From the NCBI RefSeq assembly GCF_006345805.1, contig NC_042999.1:50654001-50718000 (forward strand): 64,000 nucleotides of DNA, given 5' to 3'. A model generated the notes under the pieces. It was not told where the DNA came from. It searched no databases and worked only from the letters and a program-made list of their open reading frames with translations. Below are positions 12,935-27,728 of the stretch, piece by piece. Source of the DNA: Octopus sinensis. Lineage: Eukaryota. Made by a program: the position numbers and the translations under genes. Numbering within the stretch: position 1 is the stretch's first letter; each line of letters begins with the position of its first letter.

Positions 12935-13382
12935 AGTCTATCTATCTTTCTCTCTATCCATCCATCCATCCATCAATCCATCTATCTGTCTGTCTGTCTG
13001 TCTCAGTCTCACTCTCTCTGGAATAAAATGCCCCAGATTGCATCTTCTAAGGTGCCCCCACCATATTTTTTTTTAAGACGGTTAGGTGTGGTTTGAGGGA
13101 GATTTAGCAGCTGTTCCTACAGGTTGAATGATCACTCAGAGCTCCTGCATTGCACTGTATAGAGAAGTTTTAAAGGAATAAAGGAAATAAAGAAAAGGGG
13201 ACGATGAAAATGCTTGTGGGAGGAAATGAAATTTGAGATAGAAAACACTAAACAGGATATGATAGATTTGTGACAAAGATACAAAGGAGCAAGCTTTGAT
13301 AATAAAACCATGCAGAGAGAGAGAGAGATACATACATACATAGATACATAGATAGACAGACTGACTAACAGATAGATAGATG

Positions 13383-13416
<34 letters not shown>

Positions 13417-14549
13417 TAGATAGACAGACAGACAGACAGATAGATAGATAGATAGATAGATAGATAGTTAGGTAGACAGAGATAGAGAGAGAAAGAGAAA
13501 GAGAGAGAGAGAGAGAGTGTGTGTGTGTGTACATGTGTGTGTGTGCCTGTGTGGCTGTGCGCGCGTGTGTGTGTTATGAGTTAGTGGTTGACAGAGTTGT
13601 CCGAGTGACTGTTTGGTTCATGTAGTGCCGGGATCCTTAGTTATATTTGTGTGGAGACACCAAGAGGCATTTATTTCGTTGAGGTTGACTGCTTGGTTGA
13701 TCAATGTTGTGACAAGAAGTGCTTGTAACCTGTCCGCGGAGTGCCGAAGTTGAAAGAACAGGCATTGCTCGATGAACTCTGGAAAATTTTCAGACCCCTA
13801 AATGTTAGCCAATAGCTAAACAGAGACGGTCGATGGTGAAGTGAAGGGCAGTGAAATAAGAGAGTAGGGTGGGGTACAAAGGTTAGGGAATAGAGAAGAG
13901 AGAGAGAGAGAGAAAATGAATCATTGATGGTACAGGTGATGCTGTTTCACTGGATGAGGAAGTGACATAAGAGAGAGAACAGAAAAGAAAATTAAAACAA
14001 AGAAAAAAATGAAAAACAGCAAGTAAACAAAAAGCGAAAATGGTTTCAAAGAAATTGTGGAGCAGGGTTCAGTTTTCAGGGATGATGAAATATAGGGACA
14101 GAGATGAGAGATAGAAACGGATGAGGTAAGTTGAGTTTAGAATTACCGAATTCCTCAGACACACAGTCACAAAACTCACAAATTTCCCAGTATCTCTTTC
14201 ATGTTAGCATCATCGTTATCGTACTTTCTCTTTCTCTTTCTCTCCCTCTCTCTTCCCATCTCATTCTCTCTCATTGTCTATCCTTTCTTTCACTCTTTCT
14301 TTCTTTAGCTCTGTACCTTTGTCAGTCAGTATGAATAGTTTTTCTCTTTCTCTCTTCCCCTCTCCCAGAAACAAAACACAAACCAATAACAGAACATCAA
14401 GAAATAGCAGCCAAATCTCCCCCAAGGATAGGACACGCTATATAATGTAGTCCTACATATTTCTAAAGAGACAGGATAGTCATGGCAGGGATGTCTTTCA
14501 TCACACATCTGCTCGAACAGGGCTGGCCTGGGGCAAAACAATGTCAATA

Positions 14550-15370
14550 AAGCAGATACAACCAATAACACATACACACATCCATATACACATGCACACA
14601 CACACAAACTGACATTTAAGCATACACAAACCTACAAACTGATGCACAAATACATACACAGACATTCATATACACGCACTCACAAACTGATCACATGCAC
14701 ACAAACGCACAAACACACATGCAGAAACTGACACAGTTTCACACGTAAACTCAGACACACATGCACACACACACCCCAACACATTCCAACACACACACAC
14801 ACACACACACTCACATCCCCTCCGAACACACACACTCACACAAAGGCAGATGCACATACACACAAAGACAGACACATATACACACAGACACACATACACA
14901 CACACACAGAGCAACAATGACATGCACACACACACACACACATATAGCAACAATCATACAAACACACACACGCACAGCAACAGTGACGCAAACACACACA
15001 CACACAAAGACATGCATACACACACACACACATATACACATACACACATACTCACACAAACAGCCACACACACACAAAAAGCCACATGCATGCATGTGCA
15101 CACACACACAGATACACACCTAGCAACAACGACAGAGATATATGCACACACACATACACAAAGACAGACACACACACACATACTCACAGAAAGACAGACA
15201 TACACACACAAACATAAAAATGACACAAACACACACACAAACTCACATACTCACAGAAAGGCAGACAGACAGATACACACACACACACACACATACAAAG
15301 ACATCCACACACACACACACACATATACATACACAGCAAAAATGACACAAACACACACACACACACAGTC
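14550..15370. repeat. Degenerate (CA)n-rich microsatellite tract
   Basis: Direct reading of the sequence. Confidence 0.9.
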
Positions 15371-15654
15371 ACAGCACTATAGTTCTCCTCCAGATACATT
15401 CAACACAACTATTGATGCTGTAGTTGTTGTTAAAGATGTTTAACCACAAACCAGCTCTGACTGGGAGTAGATCTATGCCTCAAAACAATCCAACCGTGAC
15501 CAAGTCACTTTTTTTCTTTTTGTTTTTTCCAGCTATTATGTATGTCCTGTTTTCGTGTTATTCAAACATTGCTTTAGACATACATCTGTTTAGGAATGTT
15601 TGTAGTTTGATTTGAAGAACATCTGACTGTTATTTCTAGCACATTGAGAGACCA

Positions 15655-16075
15655 TGTAGTAGTAGTGGTGGTGGTGGTGGTGGTGGTGGTAACAAAAGTG
15701 GTGGCAGAGGTGGTGGTGGTGGTGTTGGTGGCGTTGGTGGTTGTGGTGGTGTTGGTGGTGAAAGTAGTGGCAGTAGTAGTTATTGGTTTGGTATGATTGT
15801 TTCTGTAATTGTTGTTGCTGATGGTATTTTTTAATATGGTTATTGTTGGTGTATGTGAATGTATGTGTGGTTGTTGTTTTGGTTGATTCTGGCGTGACTA
15901 TTGCCATTGTGGTGACTGTGGTATTGGTATGATTGTTGTTGTTGTTAACATGTTGGAGTAGTTATTGTTGCTGCTGGTATGATTTTCGTTGATATTAGTG
16001 TGGTTGTTGTTGTTTTTGGCAGTGGTGATGTGGTTGTTGTTGTTGGCAGTGGTGGTGTGGTTGTTGTATGTGATA
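15655..16075. repeat. Degenerate (GGT/GTT)n trinucleotide tract
   Basis: Direct reading of the sequence. Confidence 0.85.
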
Positions 16076-17454
16076 GTGTTTCACAACTTTAGACTGGTAC
16101 TTTGTTTTATCAACCCTAAAAAGGTGTAAGGCATAGCTGACCTTAGCAGGATTTGAAACCAGAATGCAGCCAGCTGGAATACATACAGAAAGGCATTTTG
16201 ACCCATCCGTCATGTATCCATGTACATATATATGTATAGACCCCCTCCAGTTATGAATGACCACGGGATTGCACCTAAGAAGTACCCCTCTGAGACACAA
16301 GTCTGGGCAAGGTTGTTTATGGAAGACCAGCAGTCGCCCATGCATGCCAGCCTCCTCTCTCTATGCCACCAATGTTATCCAAGGGAAAGGTAAAGGCCAA
16401 TACAGCTTGGCACCAGTGATGTCACAACTCATTTCCACAGCTAAGTGAACTGGAGCAATGTGAAATAAAGTGTGTAGCGCAAGAACACAACACACAGCCC
16501 AGTCCAAGAATCAAACTCACTGCCTCATGATTGTGAACCCGGTGCTCTAACCACTGAGCTAGGTGCTTTCACATGTGTGTGTGTGCATATGTGACCACGT
16601 GTGTGTGCATTAATATATATATATGTATACATATAATATATATATACACACATATATATCATCATCATTGGTCATCATCCCTGTAGTTATCATCATCAGC
16701 AGTCGTTATCAGTATTGTCACCATCGTCATCATCATTTAACTTCCACGCTCCATGTTGGCATGGGTTAGATAGTTTATCAAGACCTAATGGGCCCAAGGA
16801 TTACATAATGCCCCAGTGTCTGCTTCAGTATGGTTTCTGTGGCTAGATGCCCTTTGTAATGCCAGCCACTTTACAGTGTGTACAAGGAGCTTTTTTCGTG
16901 CCATCAGCACTAATGGGACTGTCAGGCAATTTGCAAGACAATGATCCCCACCCCAGGGGAAAACTTTACATTAGAAGGGAAGGAGCAAAAGATGAGTAAA
17001 AATATGAGAGAAGGGGGTCAGGGAAGAACAGATTTCTTGCTGTAGAGGAGTCACATGACAACTCACATATTAAGAGAGAGAGTAGGAGTGATTGAGAGGA
17101 GCTAAAAAGTGGTAAGGGGGCAGTGAAACAGGAAATGACTGACAAGGCTAAGCAACAGCAGAATATTAATGATGAAATAGTAGACAGGAGAAGAACAAGA
17201 TGACACACAAATGAGTGAACACACAAAAGAAAATAACATGCAGCAAATGTATTTGGAGTTTTTAAATAATTAATAATAACAGATTGACTCACTTGTGCAG
17301 AACACATCCTCATCATCAGATGAATAGTAACTTAATAAAATATATATTTATCTTTTATATAATTATATGAGGTTTATTATACATTCAGTAAGCTTGATAT
17401 TGTTATGTTCAGCAAGCAATGTATCTATTTTAAACATCATAAAGAAAAGACTCT

Positions 17455-17852
17455 TCTGCTGGCCTTAATCAACTGTTCCTGGCCTTAATCAAAAGTTCCC
17501 TCCAAGGCAGAAGTCTGGGCAAGATTATTTGTAGAAGACTAACACTCACCCATGCATACCAGTTTCCCATCTCCACACCACCAATGTTGTCCAAGAGAAA
17601 GGCAAAGAACAATACAGCTTGGCACCAGTAATGTTGCAGCTCATTTCTACAGCTGAGTGAACTGGAGGAACATGAAATAAAGTGTCTTGCTGAAAAACAC
17701 AATACACAGCCCAGTCCAGGAAGCACACCCACAACCTCGCAATTGTAAGCCCAGCATTCAAACTATTGGCCCATGTGATTTCACATAATTCAAATATCAT
17801 ATATGCATGCGATATTAACTCCAACCCTCATTTGACTCAGTTGAGAGTTAAA
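17455..17852. repeat. Local duplication unit (family D SINE plus flanks), copy 1
   Basis: Shares flanks with 20295-20686, including a 64-bp identical block. Confidence 0.8.
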
Positions 17853-18076
17853 GCAGGCATTTTCCAAATATCTAATGAAGTGGACATGTCCTATGTCTGC
17901 AAAACTTTAATGTGGAGCTGAGTCAACATGGTGACAATTATGCATATGTATACATATATCATCATGAATGAGTGCACAGCAAGACACTCACACACATAGG
18001 TCCCCCAGCATGGCTGCAGTCTAATGACTAAAACATGTAAAAAATAAAAGATATAAAGAATCCTTGAATAACACAG

Positions 18077-18430
18077 ATGTAGGAGTGGCTGTGTGGTAAG
18101 TAGCTTGCTTACGAACCACATAGTTCTGGGTTCAGTCCCACTGTGTGGCACCTTGGGCAAGTGTCTTCTACTATAGTCTCGGGCCAACCAAAGCCTTGTG
18201 AGTGGATCTGGTAGACGGAAACTGAAAAGAAACCCGTCATATATATGTATAAATATATATATGTATGTATGCATGTGTTTATGTTTGTGTGTCTGTGTTT
18301 GTCCCCCCAACATCGCTTGATAACTGATGCTGGTGTGTTTACATCCCCATAACTTAGCGGTTCGACAAAAGAGACCGATAGAATAAGTACTAGGCTTACA
18401 AAAAATAAGCCCTGGGGTTGATTTGTTTGA
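18077..18430 (+). mobile_element. Family A SINE
   Basis: Match to other window copies. Confidence 0.85.
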
Positions 18431-18472
<42 letters not shown>

Positions 18473-19319
18473 CACTGGCTAACTTAGACAATAAGATTTT
18501 GAAAACAAATTATGTCCAGATTAAATTGTGTTACTTCAATAACAGAATTATCCAAAATAAACTTTGTCATCGAATAAATTTTCAACGAATGAAATCATCG
18601 TGTTTATGAGAGGGTAGAGCAAAAGTAGATAAAAAAATTTAAATTGTAAATTACACTGTGGAAGAATAATTTTAACGAATTAAAAACCCCAAATTTGCTA
18701 AATTCATTTGTCATTCGTTTCTTGCCAAAATGTTCATTATACAACTGTGACCTGATCATTAACATAGTTCCACTGAAACTGTTTAAAATTTAGTTAATGA
18801 CCATTTCTTATAGTCCTTCGAGGTTTGCCTTCTGTTTTTGGTGAACTTACAAGCAAGAGGTCTGCTTATTCATGTTGATTTGCTTTAATCTCTTGACATT
18901 AGTCATAGATTGGTCATCATTAGTCATATTCTGGTTCTCTTCTTTTGTCTGCTGACAACAATGCATATGTCATTGTTAGTATTCCATCATTTCTGTTCTG
19001 TTCTTTTTCTTTTTACATTCTTTTTTTACTTCTTTTCCAACTCGAAAGTTAGTTTTAAATTTATGCATACCCTGTTTACTATGCATAAAAATAAAGTGTT
19101 TTGGGACATTTCTCAATTGTGCGTACAAGCTGACAGAAACGGTTTCCTTCTATGTAGATTTAAATTACATTTTAGAATTTTGAACACAAGCTAATCAGGA
19201 AATAATGTCAATAGACTTCTATGTATCTATCTGTATAAAATACATCTGTACATACACATAAAAATATACACACACACACACACCTATCTATTCATCCATA
19301 CATACATATATCCATACAT

Positions 19320-19716
19320 AGGCGCAGGAGTGGCTGTGTGGTAAGTAGCTTGTTTACCAACCACGTGGTTCTAGGTTCATTCCCACTGCATGGCACCTTG
19401 GGCAAGTGTCTTCTACTATAGCCTCGGGCCGACCAAAGCCATGTGAGTGGATTTGGTAGACGGAAACTGAAAGAAACCCATCATATATATGTATACATTT
19501 GTGTGTGTGTGTGTGTGTTTGTGTGTCTGTGTTTGTCCCCCCCAACATCGCTTGACAATTTGCTGGTGTGTTTACGTCCCTGTAACTTAGCGGTTTGGCA
19601 AAAGAGACCAATAGAATAAGTACAAGGCTTCCAAAGAATAAGTCCTGAGGTCGATTTGCTCCAGCATGGTGCTTCAGCATGGCTGCAGTCAAATGACTGA
19701 AACAAGTAAAAGAGAG
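19320..19716 (+). mobile_element. Family A SINE
   Basis: Match to other window copies. Confidence 0.85.
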
Positions 19717-19930
19717 AGTAAGGAGTATACATACAGGCATACATACATGCATGCATACATACATATATAAATACATACATACATACAGACAGACAGACAA
19801 ACTAACAAAAAATACCCTGTTCATGTTGTTGAAATTCCAATGAAGGAACCTTGGATCTAGGTTAGAAACTGACTCTTTCTCTATTGACAAGAAATCTAGA
19901 AATAAAACTGAATAATAATTAACTGACTGA

Positions 19931-19971
<41 letters not shown>

Positions 19972-20294
19972 ATTTTTTAGCTGATAACTTGAAACTTTTT
20001 TTTGTTTAATGCAACACACAAATAAGAATAACCTAAGAATATTCAATGAAAATGATAGATAACTTTGTTGATAACCTTGTTTCCTTAATTTCCTATAACT
20101 GCTTCCAAGGCAGCTAAAAGGAGAGAGACATTTTATCATAAATTCATATCGTTACATTATCAATTAAAAGAAATTATCATTACTAAATAGATTGTATTTA
20201 TTATTCTGAACAGAGGAGCTTCTTCAAATTCATAAATATAATCCCTTAAATAAGTGTTTATAAAACTAAAGCGGAAGTCACAAACAGCCTTTTA

Positions 20295-20686
20295 CTTCTG
20301 CTGGCCTTAATCAATTGCACCTGGAAAGTTCCCCTTACAGGCAGAAATCTGAGCAAGGTTATTTGTAGAAGACCAACACTCACCCATGCATACAAGTCTC
20401 CCATCTCCATACCACCAATGTTGTCCAAGAGAAAGGCAAAGGCTGGTACAGCTTGGCACCAGTAATGTTGCAGCTCATTTCTACAGCTGAGTGAACTGGA
20501 GCAACATGAAATAAAGTGTCTTGCTCAAGAACACAATACTCAGCCTGGTCCAGGAAGTGCACTCACAGCCTCACTACTGTAAGCCCAACACCCTAACTAT
20601 TAGGCCATGTGTTTTCGCATAGTTCAAATATCATATATGCATGCGATATTAACTCCAACCCTCATTTGACTCAGTTGAGAGTTAAA
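20295..20686. repeat. Local duplication unit (family D SINE plus flanks), copy 2
   Basis: See 17455-17852. Confidence 0.8.
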
Positions 20687-22617
20687 ATTGCAGACACATG
20701 CCAGACAACATCATAAAAGAAGAAACTTCTTGACACATGCAAACGAGGAACCTTGTTAAAGAATTTTCACGTGACTGTCAGGTTGGATCACATGACATTA
20801 TCATGGAAAACATACAATATTCTTTTCTACTCTAGTCACAAGGTCCAAAATTTTGGGGGAGGGGGGCAGTCAATTAGATCAACCCTAGAATGCAACTGGT
20901 ACTTAATTTATTGACCCCGAAAAGATGAAAAGCAAAGTTGACCCTGGTGGAATTTGAACTCAGAATGTAAAAACGGATGAAATACCTATTTCTTTACTAC
21001 CCACAAGGGGCTAAACACAGAGAGGACAAACAAGGACAGACAAAGGGATTAAGTCAATTATATCAACCCCAGTGCGAAACTGGTACTTATTTAATCGACC
21101 CCGAAAGGATGAAAGGCAAAGTCGACCTCGACAGAATTTGAACTCAGAACGTAACGGCAGATGAAATACATCCGTCGTGCTAACATTTCTGCTAGCTCGC
21201 CACCTTTAAAAACGGATGAAATACCACTAAGCATTTTGCCCAGCATGCTAACATTTCTGCTATCCCGCAGTCTAGGAAAACATACAATATTGCGATAAAA
21301 CAATGATATTGTGCATATATCTATAGAGAGTCTATCTGAATGAAGTAACAAAAATAGTATTGCTTGATTTTATGTATTTCATCAGCATAAAGAAAGGACC
21401 AACAGATCCACATATTGTTTTTTTCCTTCTAAGCATAAAAAATGTAAAACATTAACAAATAATGTCATACCAAAATACGCATAGACTTTTTCCTGTTCGT
21501 GAAAATACAATATATTGAAAAATTGATGAATAATGACATAAAAAAAAAATAGATGACATCTCAAATCATTTGAAGAGCACTTTATAACTATTGATTAAGA
21601 ATTATAAATAATTTTATATATTAAAGATATATCTAGCTTTAGGGATCAGAAAAGTCCCTAAAGTGCAGAATGAAAAAAATATGCATATGTATGTTAATGT
21701 TAATTGTGTTGTAAATATGTTATGATGAAGATGATTGTAAATGATTCAATGTAACACCAGAAGAATTCCTCAAGAGTATTCCTCAAGAGCTTTTACCAAT
21801 CTAATATTGATTACTATTTCTCCTCAACAACATTAAGTTGATACTGAATTGATTAAAACTTTTTCATGCACAGACACTGTAACAGTTGAAGTGGTCGACC
21901 TTTCATAAGATCTTCATCAAATAGACTTCAAGTTTATAAACACACACTATACATAATAGATAGATAGGTGAAGTTCATAATTACTTGCAATACAAAGAAT
22001 ATACATTGAAATTATGACCACATTGGATATCTTCAAGGAAAGAACCGGAAAGATCTTTAACTTTCTATTGAATTGAAAGAAATAGAATAATGTGCTGTTC
22101 CTTCATTAAATTTTTCTTTTTAGTTCTCAACAGGCAATTCACATCTCTTGCAATAGTATTTATGTGAGTACCGCATATTAGTTAATCTCTGTATCTTTAT
22201 AATGACTTCCTTCTTTCACTATCTCCAATAAGCAATGCAAAATCAGAGATAAAACAAACTCAATTTCATTGGAAGCACAAGTATATCTAAATTAAGTTCA
22301 TTCTTTCCCATGGAATAAAATAATTTCTCCCAAACAACACCAAAGTCCAATTTCACTTTTCATTTTTCATTCACTTGTTTACCATTCATTTTCCCAAGCT
22401 AGAATGAGTTTGATTGGATTTTACAGCTGGATTCTCGTGCCAGTGGCACGTAAAAGCACCCACTATACTCTCGGAGTGGTTGGCATTACAAAGTGCATCC
22501 AGCTGTAGAAACTCTGCCAGATCAGACTGGAGCTTGAGTGCAGCCATCTGGTTCGCCAGACCTCAGTCAAATCATCCAACCCATGCTAGCATAGAAAGTA
22601 GATGTTAAATGATGATT

Positions 22618-22651
<34 letters not shown>

Positions 22652-22819
22652 CAGGCTTCTTTGATGATGATGATGATTCCCTTCTTATTGTCAATCCTTA
22701 CCTCCTTTTCAAGTAAGGAATAACTTTATTCCACAAGCTTTCAAAAGCACAAAGTGACTTGTCGTGATGTCATCAAAGGATATGAACATCAGCACTTCAG
22801 GGATGATGAGCATGACATG

Positions 22820-23330
22820 ACCAAAACCTAACTTCAAGTACCAAGGCTCCAACATACAATATGACAGGGATCACCTCACTGATGTCAAAATGTATGTTAA
22901 TGCCACATGGTTAAAGTTAACACGAACATCTAAAGACCTTGTGATTGGAAGATATTTATGCCCTTGAAAGCAAAGAACCAGGGGCCCTTTACAGATTGAG
23001 TGTTTCCCACCAGCAATGAGGTATAAACCGACTCATTATGTCATAGAAATATAGATATTTTATTGCACTTTGGAGCTAATTTGCCTGGACCATGCCTTGA
23101 ATAAAAACGTGCTGCTTGACATAGAAGTGGTACCAATCACTGAAAAGTTGTGTAACATGTGCCTCCACTGAAATGGGTATATGACATGCCATGAAGAACA
23201 AGTAGTAGTAAAGGCATTGTTAATAATCAGCTCAAATGTGTGACAGTATGGAGGGTCAAAGAATCAGTAGCTTGAGAGATCTACAACAGGTCAACTTCAC
23301 TCTGTTGAACATTGTTGAAAAAATCCAAGT
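22820..23330 (+). pseudogene. Highly degenerate RTE-clade LINE fragment
   Basis: NFKYQGSNIQYD...VNATWLKL resembles FKYLGS...AGWLKW; EKLCNMCLH*NGYM resembles EKLREARLRWYGHV. Confidence 0.5.
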
Positions 23331-24173
23331 GTGGAGAAGTATGCATGAAAAGAGACTCCATTTGAGGGATAACAGAAGATTAGATGATGAATAATTACAA
23401 TATATTTGCATTATAATTCTCAATAATGTAATAGTGTGAAAATATTCTGCATGAAGCTGAAGCGTATTGCTATATTGTTCTTGTTGAACACTCGATGGAA
23501 TTTGTAGGCCTCCAAGGAATGTTTGCTGATAAGAGAAGAGAATTAATCTAGAGTAAAATGAGGTTGATAAGCAAACTGCTGAAATATAGAGTTATGTTTG
23601 CTGAAAGATGAACATCTCAAAAAACTTCATCTTATATATGCATTGTGCTGATATCTCCCCAGAGAGTACCACATAGGACTCATGATGGCACCGTGATGAT
23701 AAATTTTTTAACAGATAACTTCCTCAAAGACTTACATGACTTGAATTAAACACTTGCAATAATACTCAAGAGGAACAGGAACCAAGACAGTTTCTACTTG
23801 GTCTTGTTGCTCACCTACTAAAAATAGCAGTCAAATTTCCTTCAAATTACACACAGTGGACAGTGTAGTGCGACATACACTATTTGAGTTAAAAGATGGA
23901 ATGGTTATGGTTTGGATCGCCTTTAACTGTAGGCCTGCTAGATCTTGATTGATATAAGGGCTAACAGCACTCACTGAAGTATCCCTTTCTCTCTCCAGCA
24001 AATAACCTCCTACAAGTAACAGCTAAATTTCTCTCAAATCACATGATAATGCAGTAAATAAGGAAAGAATACTTTAGATAATGGTAGTTCAAAGTAACTT
24101 AAAAAGATAGGACAGTTATGAACTGAAATGCATTTAGGCAAGGATGGTTAAGGTAAAACAATAACCAAAAAAA

Positions 24174-24377
24174 TCAGCACTTTCCATATATATTTGGAGA
24201 TAAAAAGATAAAAGAAAGACCAGAAGTATTATCTGAGTGATCCTGAACAAAGTAGCAATGTTTACAAATGGACCAAAGCACTGTGATTTCTGTCTAGCCA
24301 AAAACTTTCACATTTTCTCACAACATCCTAATCTTAAGCAAAATAAAATTAAAATGGTTCAACTTTAATTGCATGTA
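24174..24377 (+). pseudogene. Fossil Penelope-like GIY-YIG endonuclease C-terminus
   Basis: SALSIYIWR*KDKRKTRSII*VILNKVAMFTNGPKHCDFCLAKNFHIF aligns with TGLSKLIWRLKDTNLSYRLEWSILSVALPFDRGRRQCNLCVSELFHIL of the 48-49 kb element; stops fall at the aligned L and W positions. Confidence 0.75.
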
Positions 24378-24789
24378 GAGTAACTTGATTAACACCACAA
24401 TTACTTGCCAGTCACTGATGTATATGGATAGATGATTATTTTAATTTAAGATTGCTTCAATTGCATATGTCGGATTTTTATTCAACTGAGCAGATATTTG
24501 CAATATCAATGAATGTTTTATTCACTGCTTCCTATATGAGGGGTGACAAATTTAATCTAAGCATGTATATGAACATAGTTATTTAAATTTAAATTCAAAT
24601 AACTATGTTCTCTAAACAGCAAAATTCCCCGCAGAGAATTATTTTCTGCAGAATTATTTCCGGTATTTTAGCGAGCCAAAACAAGGACTTTTGAAAGATA
24701 ACCCCAAGTGTAATTGGTAGAACTGTATACATGTTCAATCAAATGCGGACATCTCATGTATAGTTCGGCAAATTATATTTGCATTGACG

Positions 24790-24862
24790 ATCATACTGAA
24801 GAGCTACGGACAATTATGTAAATAATTTTGTGTAAGGGTTAATAGCAAAACTAGTTTATGAT
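24790..24862 (+). ncRNA. Type I hammerhead ribozyme motif (single core change G12A)
   Basis: ATCATA-CTGAAGA-GCTA...TAGC-AAAA-CTAG-TT-TATGAT; 6-bp stem I, 4-bp stem II, palindromic stem III. Confidence 0.8.
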
Positions 24863-25008
24863 TAATCTATATTCTGTTTCTTTTCATTTGTCTTGCTCAC
24901 TTATGTTCTGGCGTTTGCTAAATTTTCTTGAAAACATTCCTTTTTTAGTGGTAAGGCTATAGTGGATCTACTTGTAGCATAATGGATGTCCACCTAATGG
25001 TCATCCCT

Positions 25009-25049
<41 letters not shown>

Positions 25050-27695
25050 GCACACATATTTTCAATAGATGAAGGGTTAGAGAATTTAATTTTATTGACT
25101 AAATTCTTCTTTGTTTGTTTTGAACTTTGGCTTAATTTTTAAGAATGTAAGTAAATAGATCTAACAAGTTAATGCGTTGTTTCTTTTACCATAATTATCA
25201 TGTTTGTTTGTTTTTCTTTTTTGTTTTTTTATCTGAAAGATATTTGATCAATGAAGAATACTTCTCATTTGAAGAGAAAACAAATTAGACACATATTAAA
25301 TAACATAGATCAATTAAATGTGAAACTGACAAAGTGTCCATGAGTTAATATCAACACAAAATGGCCTTTTATGACATAATTCATTATCTTAGTGGAGTAT
25401 ACAATTATTTACTTTATAACACTTACTGCATCCACCACCACTACCACCACTTTATTTTCTATTAATCAGAGTCTGACTCTGAAGTAATAATGCCATGTAA
25501 TAAATCATACAAATCATACACCCCGTCTCACCAAATAGAATGTCTCTCAACGTTAACTGCACAGTACTTTTACATTTATCACTCTGGAGATAATAATACA
25601 GGTTAGAACTGCTACCATTCTAATTTTGCTTGTTGATTGGATCAAATAAACCAATCAGTGAACTGCACTATAATAAGTCAGCTGATACAGTGAGACTAAA
25701 AAAAAAAGAAGAAAAAAGAAAGAAATGAAATAAAATAAAAATCAAATAACGAAAGTTAAACTAATTTATAGGAGAAATAAATTAATCAATATGTCAGCTA
25801 ATTATAGATGTAAAGCAATTTATGATTGAGTTTTTTGGTTACTTGAGAAGTGATAGAGATAAGTGATAGACAACTTTGAGAAAATACAATTTTTAGTAGA
25901 AAGGAAATAGAAAGAAATCTTAAAATTACAAAAAAAGTGACACTAGAATGGTGACTGTGTAGATAAGAACAACTTAATTTTTAAAAGTTGCAAAAATATA
26001 GGTTTTCACTTCAAGCTTTTGTCATGGCAGAATTAATTAAAAATCAATATTAAAGTGATTTTATTCCTCTTCTTTCTTTCTTTTTTTTTTTTGCAGTGCA
26101 AAATTGCTAAGTACTAATATTTCACAATAAAAAAGAAAATGAAGAAATGAAAATCATAAAATTAGAATGGAATGTGATTTCTAAATCCGGTTATTGTAGC
26201 TATATGTTTTGTATCAGATATTGATCTTGTTGAAATGAACTCTTTCCAAGTAGATATTTCGTGATTGTCTGTCTACACAAGTCTATATTTGCTATTTGAA
26301 GTAAAAAAAGGATAAAAGAAAAGGAGTAAGGATAGATTGTTTGTAATCCACTTCTGGTCGTATCCCACTTCAAGCCTGAAGCATTTTGGTTGCTCCCTTG
26401 TCATGTTATTGCTGCTGTCCTAACTGGATACTAACCAAGTGCTGGCTTGCTCAGACTTAATACTCATTTTTGCTAGCTAAGTAGATTGGAACAGCAAGAA
26501 ATAAAATGCCTCACCCAAATACATAATATGCCTCTCAGACTGAGAACCAAACCCTTGACCTTATGATCAAGAGCCTAGTTTCCTAACCACTAGGCTATAG
26601 GTTTTCTAATATCTACAATAAAGAATACTCTGTATACAGTTGTGGCCAAAAGTTTGGAACATAGATCTGAAAATTTCTTCTAGATATTGAACCATTAGAT
26701 CATTTTTATTAGGTAAGTATATCTCTACATTGTATATATTTGAAATGAATTGTACTTGGACGTAACAATTTTAATGTTTAAAAAACGTCCCAAATTTTTG
26801 GCCATGATTGTAGATATAAATTCAGAAAAAGAAAATTGTAAGCTTTCATGAAGAATAACAAGACAATGAAGTCCTACTGACAATTCTAGGATGGTGTTGC
26901 TTCAGCACACGCAAACAGAATAATAATAATGATGCAGTACCAGGCAGTGGCTCTCATGGCTTCCAATATTAACTGATTGGAAGTGTTATCATGGACATTT
27001 GTTTTGTCTTGGTATAAGAGATGGACTGCAGTAAATATTCTGCTCAATACCACAGATTTGCTTGTCAGTTGCTTGACCTTAACCAGTGGCTGACAATATG
27101 TGCATCTCTGATCACGAGCAGAAAATTGAGGGAGCATCATAGCCATGTGTTGAGAGGAATCCTTTGGAGTTTAAATCACTCACCTCTGGAAACATGGGTG
27201 TTTTGTTCATCCTCCTTAAAACAACCCTTATTCAGGAACCTTTTCAATAGGATGGGCTACTCACCCGAAGAAAATTCTAACTGGGCCCCTCCTACAAGGT
27301 CCTGAACTGTTTATCTTGATATGAGATCACTATGTGCACATATGGTTGTGATGCATGTGCCTGATGTACCCTTATCAGACAGGTAGTCATGATGGGTATA
27401 TTGGGCTTCATATAACTGTACCTCAGTGTTACTTTGATGGCATGCACTGTTCTCTCACTCAATGACAATTATAATCCTTTCTATGATAGGACAAGGCCTG
27501 ACACTTTGGAGGAGGAGGCTAGTCGATTACATTGACCTCAGTGTGTAACTGGTACTTATTTCATCAACCCTGAAAGGATGAAAGGCAAAGTCAACCTCAG
27601 CAGAATCTGAACTCAGAATGTAAGGACAGACAAAATACCACTAAGCATTTTGCCCGGTGTGCTAATAAGTCTGCCAGCTCACTGCTTTATATAAA

Positions 27696-27728
<33 letters not shown>

